Shown piece after piece: positions 13,706 through 26,679 of a DNA stretch of 64,000 nucleotides. The stretch is from the NCBI RefSeq assembly GCF_036365525.1, contig NC_090387.1, positions 89,259,691-89,323,690 on the forward strand, written 5' to 3'. Position 1 is the stretch's first letter. The number at the start of each line of letters is the position of its first letter. Source of the DNA: Heterodontus francisci. Its lineage: Eukaryota. The position numbers and the translations under genes were made by a program. The notes under the pieces were generated by a model. It searched no databases, had not been told where the DNA came from, and saw only the letters and a list, made by a program, of their open reading frames with translations.

Positions 13706-15129
13706 CCCCTCATTCCTTTGGATCAGACGCTGCTATTGATTAGATCTAATTGTTTAATTGTGTGTTCATCATTAAAATGACAGACTTGCTGTTGGACACA
13801 ATTAACTGTCTCCCGATGTATTCACCTAAATGAGTTACCAAACCATAGTGAAAGGCGGTGTGTAACAGATTTGTTAACCAAATGCCTTGTTTCCATTATG
13901 TTGCAATAAACTCAACGTTGTTGCTCGAGAGCTGAACAGAACCACTTCCTTATGTACTCGTAAACAACAATAAGATAATAACGGTTGAGCAACACCTTTC
14001 CGGTCAATAGAAACTGCATCACAGTTTTGCAAAAAAGGTCAGATGATGTAGCATCCTGCTGTGTAGAACAGACGCTATTTCAGTCCTGCACGCCGTCCTG
14101 TTTATTAAGGTGGCACTTTAGAATGGTGACATTTATGTTCCCGCTATCTGCAGTCCGCCAGCTACATTTGAGATATAGGCATTCCCTTAATGAAGTCGCA
14201 CACAAATTTAGACCAATAACCCTGATCAGAAACACATGCAACCATCCTTTCACAACCACGACAAACCCTTCTTATCCCAGGTGCACGGTGCTGAGCGTCA
14301 AAGACTGCGAAAAAAATAAACAATTTTGGAGAATTGCTCAGAGAATGCGGGAAAAAAGCCCACATAAATGCAAATACGCATGAAAACAGCAATTTAACCT
14401 ACAGAACAATCAGAATAATATGTGATATGTGATAATGGATATGTGACAGATGATCAGATCACCCAAAGGAAGCTTGGTTTGGAGAAATGACTGAAACGCA
14501 CTGCCAGGTTGATATACACAGGGACTGGAATTGTTAATTGAGAGAAAGTGCAATGTTTACATCTGGACTGAATTGATGGAAAAGATTTTTGTGGGATGTA
14601 CTTCACTGTGTAGAAAATTCTCGATTTTAAGTTAAGTATTTCTTCAATAAAATTCCAGCAATCCTTCTAAGTATAAGACTTTATTCCTAGAATAAACACT
14701 TTCTCACCGTTGACAAAATATTCTTTCAGAGCCATAAAACTCTGAGGCCTGGCACGTGCATAATTGTTGGTGTCAAAATGCCTTAACATGCAGGTTTCAC
14801 TTTCTGTGATTTACCATGCACATTTATTCTGCTCAACACTTTACCACAACTTATTTATTCATCGTATCTACTGCTATAGTGGTTCTGCTGCTTTGTCAAA
14901 TGTAGCGTAATTCGAACAATAAGTTAGACCCTGCTTCCCACTACCCCTCTGAGATTCCAATGAACAAATAGATCACCATGGCAGGATCATAAGGACAAGG
15001 GAACATTTGCCGGAGTGCAGGCCTCAAACAAAGCCATCAAAATCAGAAAACGAACATATAATGTATCCCATTAATCTACATAATAACAGGTATCAAGACG
15101 AAAGCGATCTGGTATGTGCAGATACACAA

Positions 15130-15885
15130 AAGACACGATTAATGCGAAAATACTAAGAGGTGCAGAGGAAGTGAGGGGCCTTGAAGTAAATGTCCACAGA
15201 TCCCCGTAGGTAGCAGGACGGGATGATAAGGTTGTTACAAAGGCATATGGAATCCTTTCATAGTCCAGGTTTAGAATATAAGAGCAGGGAGGTTATGCAG
15301 AAACTGCATAAATCATTGGGTAGGCCACAATTTGAGTACTGTGTGCAATTCTGGTCACCTCATTACAGAAAGGATGTAATTACACCCGAAAGAATACAGA
15401 GGAGATTTACGAGGCCATTGCTAGGACTGGAAAAATTTAGTCATGAGGAAATATTGGATAGGCTGGGGCTGTTCGTCTTGGAACAGAAACGGCTGTGGGG
15501 AGTTCTGATTGAAATGTGCAAAATTTTGAGGGGCCTGGATAGAGTGGAGGTGAAGGGCCTATTTATTTTAGCAGAGAGGTCAGTGACTAAGGGGGCATAG
15601 ATTTAAAGTGATTGGTAGAACAAATAGAGGGGAGATGAGGAAAAGTTTTTTTTCACCCAGAAGGTGGTGGGATATGGAACTCATTGCCTGAAAGAGTAGG
15701 TGATAAAGAAAACCTCAACTCATTCAAAAGGAGTCTGGATATGCATCTCAAGTGCCGTAATCTGCTGGGCTGCGAACCAAATGCTGGTAGGTGCGATTCG
15801 AATGGGTGGAACGTTTTTTCGGCTGGCACAGACACGATGGGCCATGTGGCCTCTCTTTGTGCTGCAAACGTTCAATGATTCTGTG
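15130..15885 (+). mobile_element. CR1 3' fragment
   Basis: RPQFEYCVQFWSPHYRKDV..RIQRRFTR. Confidence 0.88.
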
Positions 15886-15939
15886 ATTAAAATCCCTAAC
15901 CACAACATTTGAGTCAAAAATCTGGCAGATATTCTAGCA

Positions 15940-16445
15940 CAGTACTGAATGGTTGCTGTTTTTAACAGATCCGGCCTTCTGAACGGAGGATTGAGATAGG
16001 GCACAGTATGGCCTGCTAGGTTGTCGTAAAATATCCTATGACACTACTGAATAAAGGGATGCCCTGCTTCATCAGCAAATTCCACAATAAATGGATTAGT
16101 TGGTTACAATCGCATTGCTTTTGTTGCACAGAGCTGAGCACAAATTGGCTGTAGGGGTTCCTACATAAAAGCAGTGACCACAATTCAAAAGTGTTTAATT
16201 GGCTATAACGAGCTTTGGAAGATAGTGTCGTCGCATAAGACGAGGTATAAATGCAATCTTTTTTCCCTCTCTTCCTCAGTGAACATCACTGAAGGAGATT
16301 ATTTCATCGATGTTTGTGGGATCTTGCTGTGTTAACACTGGCCGTTTTGATTTCTACACTACAGCAATGATGTTTGAATGCATTTCGTTGCATGCAAAGT
16401 GACGATGTCTTTTAAAAGGCTCTGCATAAATGCAATTGTTTCCCT
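15940..16445 (+). mobile_element. Two degenerate Deu-domain (SacSINE1-like) SINE fragments in tandem
   Basis: caaattggctg..cctaca..cagtgac..caaaagt..attggct..ataaatgcaa tail. A second partial copy starts near 16275. Family assignment is from memory of the consensus. Confidence 0.5.
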
Positions 16446-16730
16446 ACTTCGTAGTGATCTCTCTGACCTCTCTTGAAAATTTGAAACTACACTTTCAAGC
16501 CAAATCCACATTCTGCAGAGAAGATCTGCAACCATAGTTAGAGCCCTGCATGGTGTTCTTACCTAAAATGCAAGCAAGGGCTAATTTGTCTCTTTCAGTT
16601 CTCCAGGGGTTGAAGAGTGGCCGGAGGGGATGCTCATCAGAAAATTCGAAGCCCATAATTGCTGTTCCACTGCCTTTTAAGCTTAATTGCTTAGAACATC
16701 AAGTCCTGCGGAACTGGTGTTTCCTGTAAG

Positions 16731-18302
16731 GTGGACAAGTCCCCAGGTACGGATGGGATCTATCCCAGGTTACTGAGGGAAGCGAGAGAGGAAATAGCTG
16801 GGGCCTTAAGAGATATCTTTGCAGCATCCTTAAACATGGGTGAGGTCCCGGAGGACTGGAGAATTGCTAATGTTGTCCCCTTGTTTAAGAAGGGTAGCAG
16901 GGAGAATCCAGGTAATTATAGAACGGTGAGCCTGACGTCAGTGGTAGGGAAGCTGCTGGAGACGATACTGAGGGATAGGATCTATTCCCATTTGGAAGAA
17001 AATGGGCTTATCAGTGATAGGCAACATGGTTTTGTGCAGGGAAGGTCATGTCTTACCAACTTAATCGAATTCTTTGAGGAAGTGACAAAGTTGATTGATG
17101 AGGGAAGGGCTGTAGATGTCATATACATGGACTTCAGTAAGGCGTTAGATAAGGTTCCCCATGGTAGGCTGATGGAGAAAGTGAAGTCGCATGGGGTCCA
17201 GGGTGGACTAGCTAGATGGATAAAGAACTGGCTGGGCAACAGGAGACAGAGAGCAGCAGTGGAAGGGAGTTTCACAAAATGGAGACGTGTGACCAGTGGT
17301 GTTCCACAGGGATCCGTGCTGGGACCACTGTTGTTTGTGATATACATAAATGATTTGGAGGGAAGTATAGGTGGTCTGATTAGCAAGTTTGCAGACGACA
17401 CTAAGACTGGTGGAGTAGCAGATAGTGAAGGGGACTGCCAGAGAATACAGCAGAATATAGATAGACTGGAGAGTTGGGCAGAGAAATGGCAGATGGAGTT
17501 CAATCAGGGCAAATGCGAGGTGATGCATTTTGGAAGATCCAATTCAAGAGTGAACTATACAGTAAATGGAAAAGTCCTGGGGAAAATTGATGTGCAGAGA
17601 GATTTGGGTGTTCAGGTCAATTGTTCCCTGAAGGTGGCAATGCAGGTCAATAGAGTGGTCAAGAAGGCATACGGCATGCTTTCCTTCATCGGACGGGGTA
17701 TTGAGTACAAGGGTTGGCAGGTCATGTTACAGTTGTATAAGACTTTGGTTCGGCCACATTTGGAATACTGCGTGCAGTTCTGGTCGCCACATTACCAAAA
17801 GGATGTAGATGCTTTGGAGAGGGTGCAGAGGAGGTTCACCAGGATGTTGCCTGGTATGGAGGGCGCTAGCTGTGAAGAGAGGTTGAGCAGATTAGGATTA
17901 TTTTCATTCGAAAGACGGAGGTTGAGGGGGACCTGATTGAGGTGTACAAAAGCATGAGAGGTATAGACAGGGTGGATAGCAAGAAACTTTTTCCCAGAGT
18001 GGGGGATTCAAATACTAGGGGTCACGAGTTCAAAGTGAGAGGGGAAAAGTTTCGGGGGGATATGCGTGGAAAGTTCTTTATGCAGAGCGTGGTGGGTGCC
18101 TGGAATGCATTGCCAGCGGAGGTGGTAGACGCAGGCACGATAGCGTCTTTTAAGCTGTATCTAGACAGATACATGAATGGGCAGGAAACAAAGAGATACA
18201 GACCTTTAGAAAATAGGCGACATGTTTAGATAGAGGATCTGGATCGGCGCAGGCTTGGAGGGCCAAAGGGTCTGTTCCTGTGCTGTAATTTTCTTTGTTC
18301 TT
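16731..18302 (+). mobile_element. Young 5'-truncated CR1 LINE (RT domain open for 401 aa)
   Basis: RT motifs [34 protein letters not shown] and KFADD. TTCTTTG tail. 6-bp TSD TGTAAG at 16725-16730 and 18303-18308. Confidence 0.95.
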
Positions 18303-21300
18303 TGTAAGCATCTTCCCTAGATTGGCATGCCCAACCGCCGGAGCAGCCTTTGTAATGTTACAATATTGCGCACATTTTAAGCGCAACTCATCAAATAACA
18401 TGTTGCACCATGCAATACATCCAGTGAGTTTAATGGTGGTACCTCGCCAATATTGAGATTTCAAGTTTGGTGAGGGTTCATCATGTTTGGACGAATAAAT
18501 TTACGCTTTTGAGTCAGTGGTCATGATATGAATGAATAATATCACAGCGAATGATTAGATGCCATGACAACAACCAATCAGGGCATTTCTATAAGCAACA
18601 CTGTGGAATAGTCAAGACTTTGTTATTTGGGCAAGGAGACTAATTTATCTCAGAATTGTTCGACAAGCTCACCAACTCAGGCTCTGCAGGAGCAGGTGAA
18701 TGAATGGTATCGTGTTTTAATGGAGGTTTTGTTTGTAAAAATTGAAAAAAATAATTAAATGCACAGACCTATGTATCTTTCTTTTTATTTTTGTTTGCAC
18801 TTTAGGGTGAATCAAATGGAATGATGGAGGACGGCAGGATAGTGGTAATGCACTAGTAATGCAGAGGCCCCGACTAATGCTCAGAGGACATGAGTTCAAA
18901 TCCCACCACGGCAGCTGCTGGAATTTAAATTCAATGAATTAATAAATCTGGAATTAAAAGCTTACCTCAGTTATGGTGATCATGAAACTACTGGATTGTC
19001 AAAATAAAAAAAAAAACATTTGGTTTACTAATTTGCTTTAGGCAAGGAAATCTGTCGTATTTGCCCAGTGTGGCCTACACCTGACTCCCGAAACACAGAA
19101 ATATGATTGGACTCCTAACTTCTCTCTGAACTGGGTCGGCAAAACATTCAGTTGTACCAAACCGCTGCTGATAGGTCGAGAAAGAATAAAACCACAAAGA
19201 CCTAGGTACCATATGCGACAGTGGCACACCAGATGCGATAGTGGCTCACGCTTCCCAGTCGTCCCTACATATTGCTCCTTACTAGCAACTGGGAACTTGT
19301 GTCAAAATTGGGAGATTGTCCACAGACTAGTAAGGAAACAGCCTGACATATTCTTAGTCACTGAATCATATTTTACCGCAAATGTCTTTAGAGGCTTCCA
19401 TCACCATTGTATGTGCTCTCCCACCGGCAGGAGAGGCCCATTAGAGTGGCAGCATAGTGATATGATATAGTCGGGACAGACTGTCCCTGGGAGCCCTCAA
19501 CGTTGGCTCTGGACCTCATGAAACTTCATGACATCTGGTCGAACATGAGCAAGGAAGCCACCTGCTGATTTCAATGTAATACTCTCCAACAACTGATGAA
19601 TTAGTGCTCTTCCATGTTGAACACAATTTAGAAGAAGCACAGAATGTACTCTGGGTGGAGGACTTCAATGCCTATTACCAACAATGGCTTTGTAACACCA
19701 CTGCAGACCGAGCTGGCCAGGTCCTGAAGGACATAGCTGCATATGGCAGCTGGTCAGGGATCCAATAACATGGAAAAATGGCTTCACCACGACCTCATCA
19801 ATCTACCTGTTGCAGATGCATCTGTTGATGACAGAATTTGTAGAAGTGACTACTGCATAGTTCCTGTTGAGTCAAAGTCTCGCAGAGAACCACCCTGTAA
19901 AGTGGGATCGATACAGAACAGATCTGGCAGCTCAAAATAGGGAATCCATGATGTGCTATGGGCCATAGACAGCAACAGAATTGTATTCAACCACAACCCG
20001 GCATATTTCTCACACTATTGTTAACCATTAAACCACAGAGGTGTCCCTGGTTCAATAAGGAGTACAGGAGAGCATACCAGGAGCAGCCTTGATAAAAATT
20101 AAGTGCCAACCAACAACCAAGCTACATGCATGCTAATCATGTGATGAACAGTGATAAGTGGTCCCTGAGCCAAGGAATCAGATCAATGTACTGCAGTTCT
20201 GCTGCACCCAATCATTGATGGTAGCAGACAATTAAACAGCTAACTGTTGGAGGATGCTCCACTATCATAACCATCCTCAGTGATGGAGGAGCCCAGGAAG
20301 TCTTTGAAAAACACGAGGCTGAAGCATTTGCAACCATCTTCAGCCAGAAGAGCGCAGTGGATGCTCCATCTCGGCCTCTTCCTGAAGTCCCCAACTTCAC
20401 AGTTTTCATTCTTCAGGCAGTGCGATTTACTCCAAGTGATATTAATAAACGGCTGAAGGCACTGGATGGAGCAAAGGTTAAGGGCCCTAACAACATCCCA
20501 GAAGTAGTACTGAAGATTTGTTCTTCAGAATTAGCTACGACCCTGGCCAAGCCATTCCAGTACAGCTATAGCAATGACATCTACCTGATGGTGTGGAAAA
20601 GTGCCCATGTATGTCCTGCCCACAAGAAGCAGGCCAAATCCAATCTGGCGAATTATTGCCCCAATTGGCTACTCTCGATAATCAGCAAAGTGATGGAAGA
20701 TGCCTCCGGCAGTGCTATCAAGCAACACTTACAAAGCAATAATCTGCTCATTGATGCTCAGTTTGAGTTCTGCCAGGGTCACTCCTCTCCAGACCTCATT
20801 ATAGTCTTGAACCAAACATTGGCAAAAGAGCTGAATTCCAGAGGTGTGGTGAGAGTAATGGCCATTGTGATCAAGGCAATATTTGACCAAGGGTGGGATC
20901 AGGCAGTCCGAGCAAAAATGAATCAATGCAAAACTCTCCACAGGTTGGAGTCATACTTAGCACAAAGGGAAATGGATATGGATATTGTGGGGAAAAAGCC
21001 CCAGGACATCAATACAACCGTTCTTCAGGATAGTGGACTCGGCACAAAGATTTTAAGCAGCTTCATTAATTACATTCCTTCCATCATAAAGTTAGAAGTG
21101 GGAATGTTTGTTGCTGTTTGCAGTGCTCAGTAACATTCGTGACTCATTATACATGGAAACAGTTCAGGTCCACATGCAGCAATCCTTGGACAACAATCAG
21201 GCTTGGGCTTATCAATGGCAAGTGACATTCGCACCATACAATGACCAGGCAATGACCATCTGCAACAAGAGAAAATCTAACTATCTTCCCTTGACATTTA

Positions 21301-21930
21301 ACAGCATTACCATTGCTGAAATGTCCACCATTAATTTACTGGGTGTCACCAAAAATCGGAAACTCAACTGGACCAGCCATTGTGGCTGCAAGAGCAGCTC
21401 AGAGTCTGAGAATTATGTGGCAAGTAACTAACTTCCTGACTTCCCAAAGCCGGTCCATCATCTACACAGCAGGTCAGAAGTGTGATGAAATACTCCCAAC
21501 TTGCCCAGCTGACTGCATCTCCAACAAAATTCAAGAAGATTGACAACAGCCAAGGCAAAGCAGCCCACTTGAACAGCACACCATTAACAATATGAAACAT
21601 TGGCTCTTTCCACCCCGGCAGACAATTGCAGCAATGTGCACCATATACAAAATGCACTGCAGCAACTCGCTAAGCCTCTTTCGACAGCACCTTCCAAACT
21701 CACGAACTCCAGCAGCTGGAATGGCAAGGACATCAGACCCATGGATAAATCATTACCTCTAATCTCCCTCCAAGCCGCACACGGTACTGATTTGGAACTA
21801 TATCGCCATTCCTTCAGTGTCGCTGGCTCAGAAAGCTGGAACTCCCTTTCTAACAGCACAGGGGGTGTACCTCCACCGGGTGCACTGCAATGGTTCAAGA
21901 CGGCGGTTCACCTCAACCTGCTCAAGAGTA

Positions 21931-24900
21931 CATAGAACATAGAACATAGAACAGTACAGCACAGTACAGGCCCTTCGGCCCACGATGTTGTGCCCAACCT
22001 TTAACCTCCACTAAGATCAAACTAACTACCTACCCTTCATTCTCCTATCATCCATGTACCTATCCAAGAGTCGTTTAAATGCCCCTTATTTATCTGCTTC
22101 TACTACCACCGCTGGCAGCGCATTCCACGCACCCACCACTCTCTGTCTAAAGAACCTACCTCTGACATCTCCATGAAACCTTCCTCCAATCACCTTAAAA
22201 TTATGCCTCCTGGTGATAGCCCTTTCCACCGTGGGAAAAAGTCTCTGGCTATCCACTCTGTCTATGCCTCTCATCATCTTGTACCCCTCTATCAAGTCAA
22301 CTCTCATCCTTCTTCGCTATAATGAGAAAAGCCCTAGCTCCCTCAATCTTTCTTCGAGGGACATGCCCTCCAGTCCAGGAAGCATCCTGGTAAATCTCCT
22401 CTGCACCCTCTCTAAAGCTTCCACATCCTTCCTATAATGAGGCAACCAGAACTGAATACAATATTCTAAGTGTGGTCAAACCAGGGCCTTATAGAGCTGC
22501 AGCATATCCTCGTGGCTCTTAAACTCAATCCCCCTGTTAATGAAAGCCAACACACCATACGCCTTCTTAACAACCCTATCAACTTGGGTGGCAACTTTTG
22601 AGCGATCTATGGACATGGACACCAAGATCCCTCTGTTCCTCCACACTACCAAGAATCCTGTCTTTAAGCCTGTATTCCGCATTCAAATTCGACCTTCCAA
22701 AATGAATCACTTCACACTTTTCCAGGTTGAACTCCATCTGCCACTTCTCAGCCCAGCTCTGCATCCTGTCAATGTCCCATTGCAACCTACAACAGCCTTC
22801 CACACTATCCACAACTCCAGCAACCTTCGTGTCATCGGCAAACCTGCTAACACAGCCTTCCACTTCCTCATCCAAGTCATTTATAAAAATCACAAAGAGC
22901 AGAGGTCCCAGAACAGTTGAACACCTGTGGTCACCGAGCTCCAGACTGAATACTTTCCATCTACAACCACCCTCTGACTTCTATGGGCCAGCCAATTTTG
23001 TATCCAGACAGCCAACTTTCCCTGAATCCCATGCCTCCTTACTTTCTGAATGAGCCTACCATGGGGAACCTTATCAAACACATTGTTAAAATCCATATAT
23101 ACCACATCCACTGCTCTTCCTTCATCAACGTGTTTTGTCACATCTTCAAAGAATTCAATAAGGCTTGTGAGGCATGACCTGCCCCTTACAAAGCCATGCT
23201 GACTGTCTCTAATGAAACCATGCTTTTCCAAATAATCATAAATTCTGTCTCTCAGAATCCTCTCCAATAAGTTGCCCACTACTGACGTAAGACTGACTGG
23301 TCTATAATTCCCAGGGTTATCCCTATTCCCTTTCTTGAACAAGGGAACGTCATTTGCCACCCTCCAATAATCCAGTACTCCTCCAGTGGACAGTGAAGAC
23401 GCAAATATCATCGCCACAGGTGCATCAAGCTCTTCCCTCACTTCCCGTAATATCCTTGGGTATATCCCGTCTGGCCCCGGGGACTTATCTGTCCTCATAT
23501 CATTCAAAATTTCCAGCACATCTTCCCTCTTAACCTCAACCTGTTCGAGCATATCAGCCTGTTCCACGCTGTCCTCATAAACGACCAGGTCCCTCTCTCT
23601 AGTGTAGACTGAAGGAAAGTATTCATTTAGGACCTCCCCTTCCTCCTCCGACTCCAGGCACAAGTTCCCTCCACTATCCCTGATCGGCCCTACCCTCACA
23701 CTGGCCATCCTATTTTAGTTTAGTTTTATAGTTTAGTTTCGAGATACAGCACTGAAACAGGCCCTTCGGCCCAGCGAGTCTGTGCCGACCATAAACCACC
23801 CATTTATATTAATCCTACACTAATCCCATATTCCTACCACATCCCCACCTGTCCCTATATTTCCCTACCACCTACCTATACTAGGGGCAATGTACAATGG
23901 CCAATTTACCTACCAACCTGCAAGTCGTTTGGCTTGTGGGAGGAAACCGGAGCACCCAGAGAAAACCCATGCAGACACAGGGAGAACTTGCAAACTCCAC
24001 ACAGGCAGTACCCAGAATTGAACCCGGGTCGCTGGAGCTGTGAGGCTGCAGTGCAAACCACTGCACCACTGTGCCACCTCCTGTTCCTCACTTAAGTGTA
24101 GAACGCCTTGGGATTTTCCTTAATCCTACCCGCCAAGACTTTTTCATGTCCCCTTCTAGCTCTCCTAAGTCCATTCTTCAGTTCCTTCCTGGCTACCTTG
24201 TAACCCTCTCGAGCCCTGTCTGATCCTTGCTTCCCAAACCTTAAGTAAACTTCCTTCTTCCTCTTGACTAGCTGTTCCACCTGCCTTGTCATCCAGGTTC
24301 CTTCACCCTACCATCCCTTCCTTGCCTCATCAGAACAAACCTATCCAGCAGTCGCAGCAAGTGCTCCCTAAACAACCTCCACATTTCTGTCGTGCATTTC
24401 CCTGAGAACATCTGTTCCCAACTTATGCTCCCCAGTTCCTGCCTAATAGCATTGTAATTCCCCCTCCCCCAATTAAATATTTTCCCATCCCGTCTGCTCC
24501 TGTCCCTCTCCATGACTATAGTAAAGGTCAGGGAGTTGTGATCACTATCACCGAAATGCTCTCCCACCGAGAGATGTGCCACCTGGCCTGGTTCGTTGTC
24601 AAGCACCAAGTCCAACATACTCTCCCCTCTAGTCGGCCTATCTAGATATTGAGTCAGGAAACCTTCCTGGCCACACCTGACAAAAACTGCTCCATCCAAA
24701 CTACTTGCACTAAGGAGGTTCCAATCAATATTAGGGAAGTTGAAGTCACCCATGACAACAACCCTGTTACTTCTGCACCTTTCCAAAATCTGCCTCCCAA
24801 TCTGTTCCTCCATGTCTCTGTTGCTATTGGGGGGTCTATAGAAAACTCCCAACAAAGTGGCTGCTCCTTTCCTGTTTCTGACTTCCACCCATAATGACTC

Positions 24901-25763
24901 AGTAGACAAACCCTCCTCGACGACCTCCCTTTCTGCAGCTGTGATACTATCCCTGATTAGCAATGCCACTCCCCCACCTCTTTTACCTCCCTCCCTATTC
25001 CTTTAGAAACATCTAAACCCTGGAACATCCAAGATCCATTCCTGCCCCTGTGATATCCAAGTCTCTGTAATGGCCACAACATCGTAGCTCCAAGTACTGA
25101 TCCATGCTCTAAGTTCATCACCCTTATTCCTGACACTTCTTGCGTCAAAATAGACACACTTCAACCCATCTTACTGGCTGCAAGTTTGCCCTGTCAACTG
25201 TCTATCCTTCCTCACAGACTCTCTGCACACTGTATCTGCCTGTTCAACAGCTACCCCATCCACTGATCCGTAGCTCCGGTTCCCATCCCCCTGCCAAACT
25301 AGTTTAAACCCTCCCAAAGAGCTCTAGCAAACCTCCCGCCCAGGATATTGGTGCCCCTCCAGTTCAGATGCAACCCGTCCTTCTTGTACAGGTCCCACCT
25401 TCCCCAGAAGATATCCCAATGATCTACATATCTGAATCCCTCCCTCCTGCACCAATTCTGTAGCCACGTGTTCAGCTGCACTCGCTCCCTGTTTCTAGCC
25501 TCACTAGCACGTGGCACCAGTAACAATCCTGAGAATACTATTCTGCTCGACCTGCCTTTCAGCTTCCAACCTAACTCCCTATATTCGCTTTTCATGTCCT
25601 CATCCCTTTTCCTAGCTATGTCATTGGTACCGATATGTACCACGACCTCTGGCTGCTCCTCATCCCCCTTAAGAATCCTGTAGACTCGATCCGAGACATC
25701 CCTGACCCTGGCACCCGGGAGGCAACATACCATCCGGGAGTCTCGTTCGCGACCACAGAATCT
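21931..25763 (-). mobile_element. Young CR1 LINE (partial ORF1 esterase, APE, RT), 5'-truncated
   Basis: ORFs 25299..25733, 24289..24969 and 22890..23708. (CATAGAA)n tail at 21931. Confidence 0.95.
23711..24078 (-). mobile_element. tRNA-derived V-SINE (HE1-like) nested in CR1
   Basis: Near-identical to 9775-10124. CR1 sequence is contiguous on either side (ggccatcc|tcctgttcctcac). Confidence 0.88.
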
Positions 25764-26679
25764 TCGGGATTGTCAACAAATGATGGCCTTCCAGCGACGT
25801 TCACATCCCAATAGAGTATAAAGCATAATGTGTTGGAGCCATTTCCTTCTCTATATTTTCCCGTTTTAGTATTGACAAATGAAGACATTCTAGATTCAAC
25901 AATCCAGCGAACAATAAATGTCCACAGGCTTTGTATGATATCGAATGCAAATTTGTTTTCTTGTTTGCGTGGCCGAATGCATATCACAGAGCCAGGACCA
26001 ACTGAAATTTACGTAAATAAAACGGATTTTCGTATATATTTATGTTCATAAAAAAAAACTATAACTCTCACCTTACATGAAGAGGTAGCACGAAAGAACG
26101 TGCTTGACTTTATTTCAACAGAACAATCTTACAAATAGATTTATGAATAATGCAAACCAACAAAATACGAAAAGAAAACGTACTTTACGCCTGTTCCATC
26201 ATCGCAATTACACTTTCAAGTCGGGACATGAACACTTAAATTACCGTGATACACTGGAAAATACATCGATGGATGATAAAAGCATAAAGCAAAATTAAGG
26301 GCCAGAAATGACTATTGGCCCACTTGAAGATCGTCGCCCCAATACCTAATTTTCCTATTTGACCACCGACAAACATTCACAGTTAAGCTAACTGTTTTGA
26401 TTCTGTAGTTCAATTTGCAGAAAATGACCAGCCACTGAATACAAAAAACACACTTCCAAATACCAGCTTATTATGTTTCCTCTTTTAAAGCGAGTTTTTT
26501 TTTTACTTTTTTAGTTATGTTTTGTCCTCTGTGAATACTTCTTTGATTTACTTCTAAATTCTATACTCATCTTTCTATTTAAAAAAAGATAAAAACGACA
26601 GTTAAGGTGAATAAATTCAAGAATAAATCCAGGAAGTGGCACTGGATGGCACAATATAAACAAACAAGAAAAAATAATT

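Larger units (their letters stand above)
18830..25822 (+). mobile_element. Full-length degenerate family-B LINE (18830-21930 plus tail 25764-25822), split by a CR1 insertion
   Basis: tRNA-like head, APE remnant (HRLVRKQPDIFLVTESY) and RT remnant ORF 20357..21133. The 3' tail resumes at 25764 (gggattgtcaacaaatgatggccttccagcgacgttcacatccca). Confidence 0.85.

Noticed and set aside
13985-14383. 132-aa ORF in unique sequence
   Set aside because: Non-ATG start, no recognisable domain and no convincing splice context.
16982-17528. Long antisense ORFs over RT regions (also 22727..23053, 28385..28777, 29063..29657, 62195..62584)
   Set aside because: These are shadow ORFs recurring opposite every CR1 ORF2 copy, with no independent domain signal.
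24000-24078. tRNA gene candidates (also 10040-10124 and 18830-18910)
   Set aside because: A/B boxes are present, but they continue into SINE/LINE bodies with no complete cloverleaf.
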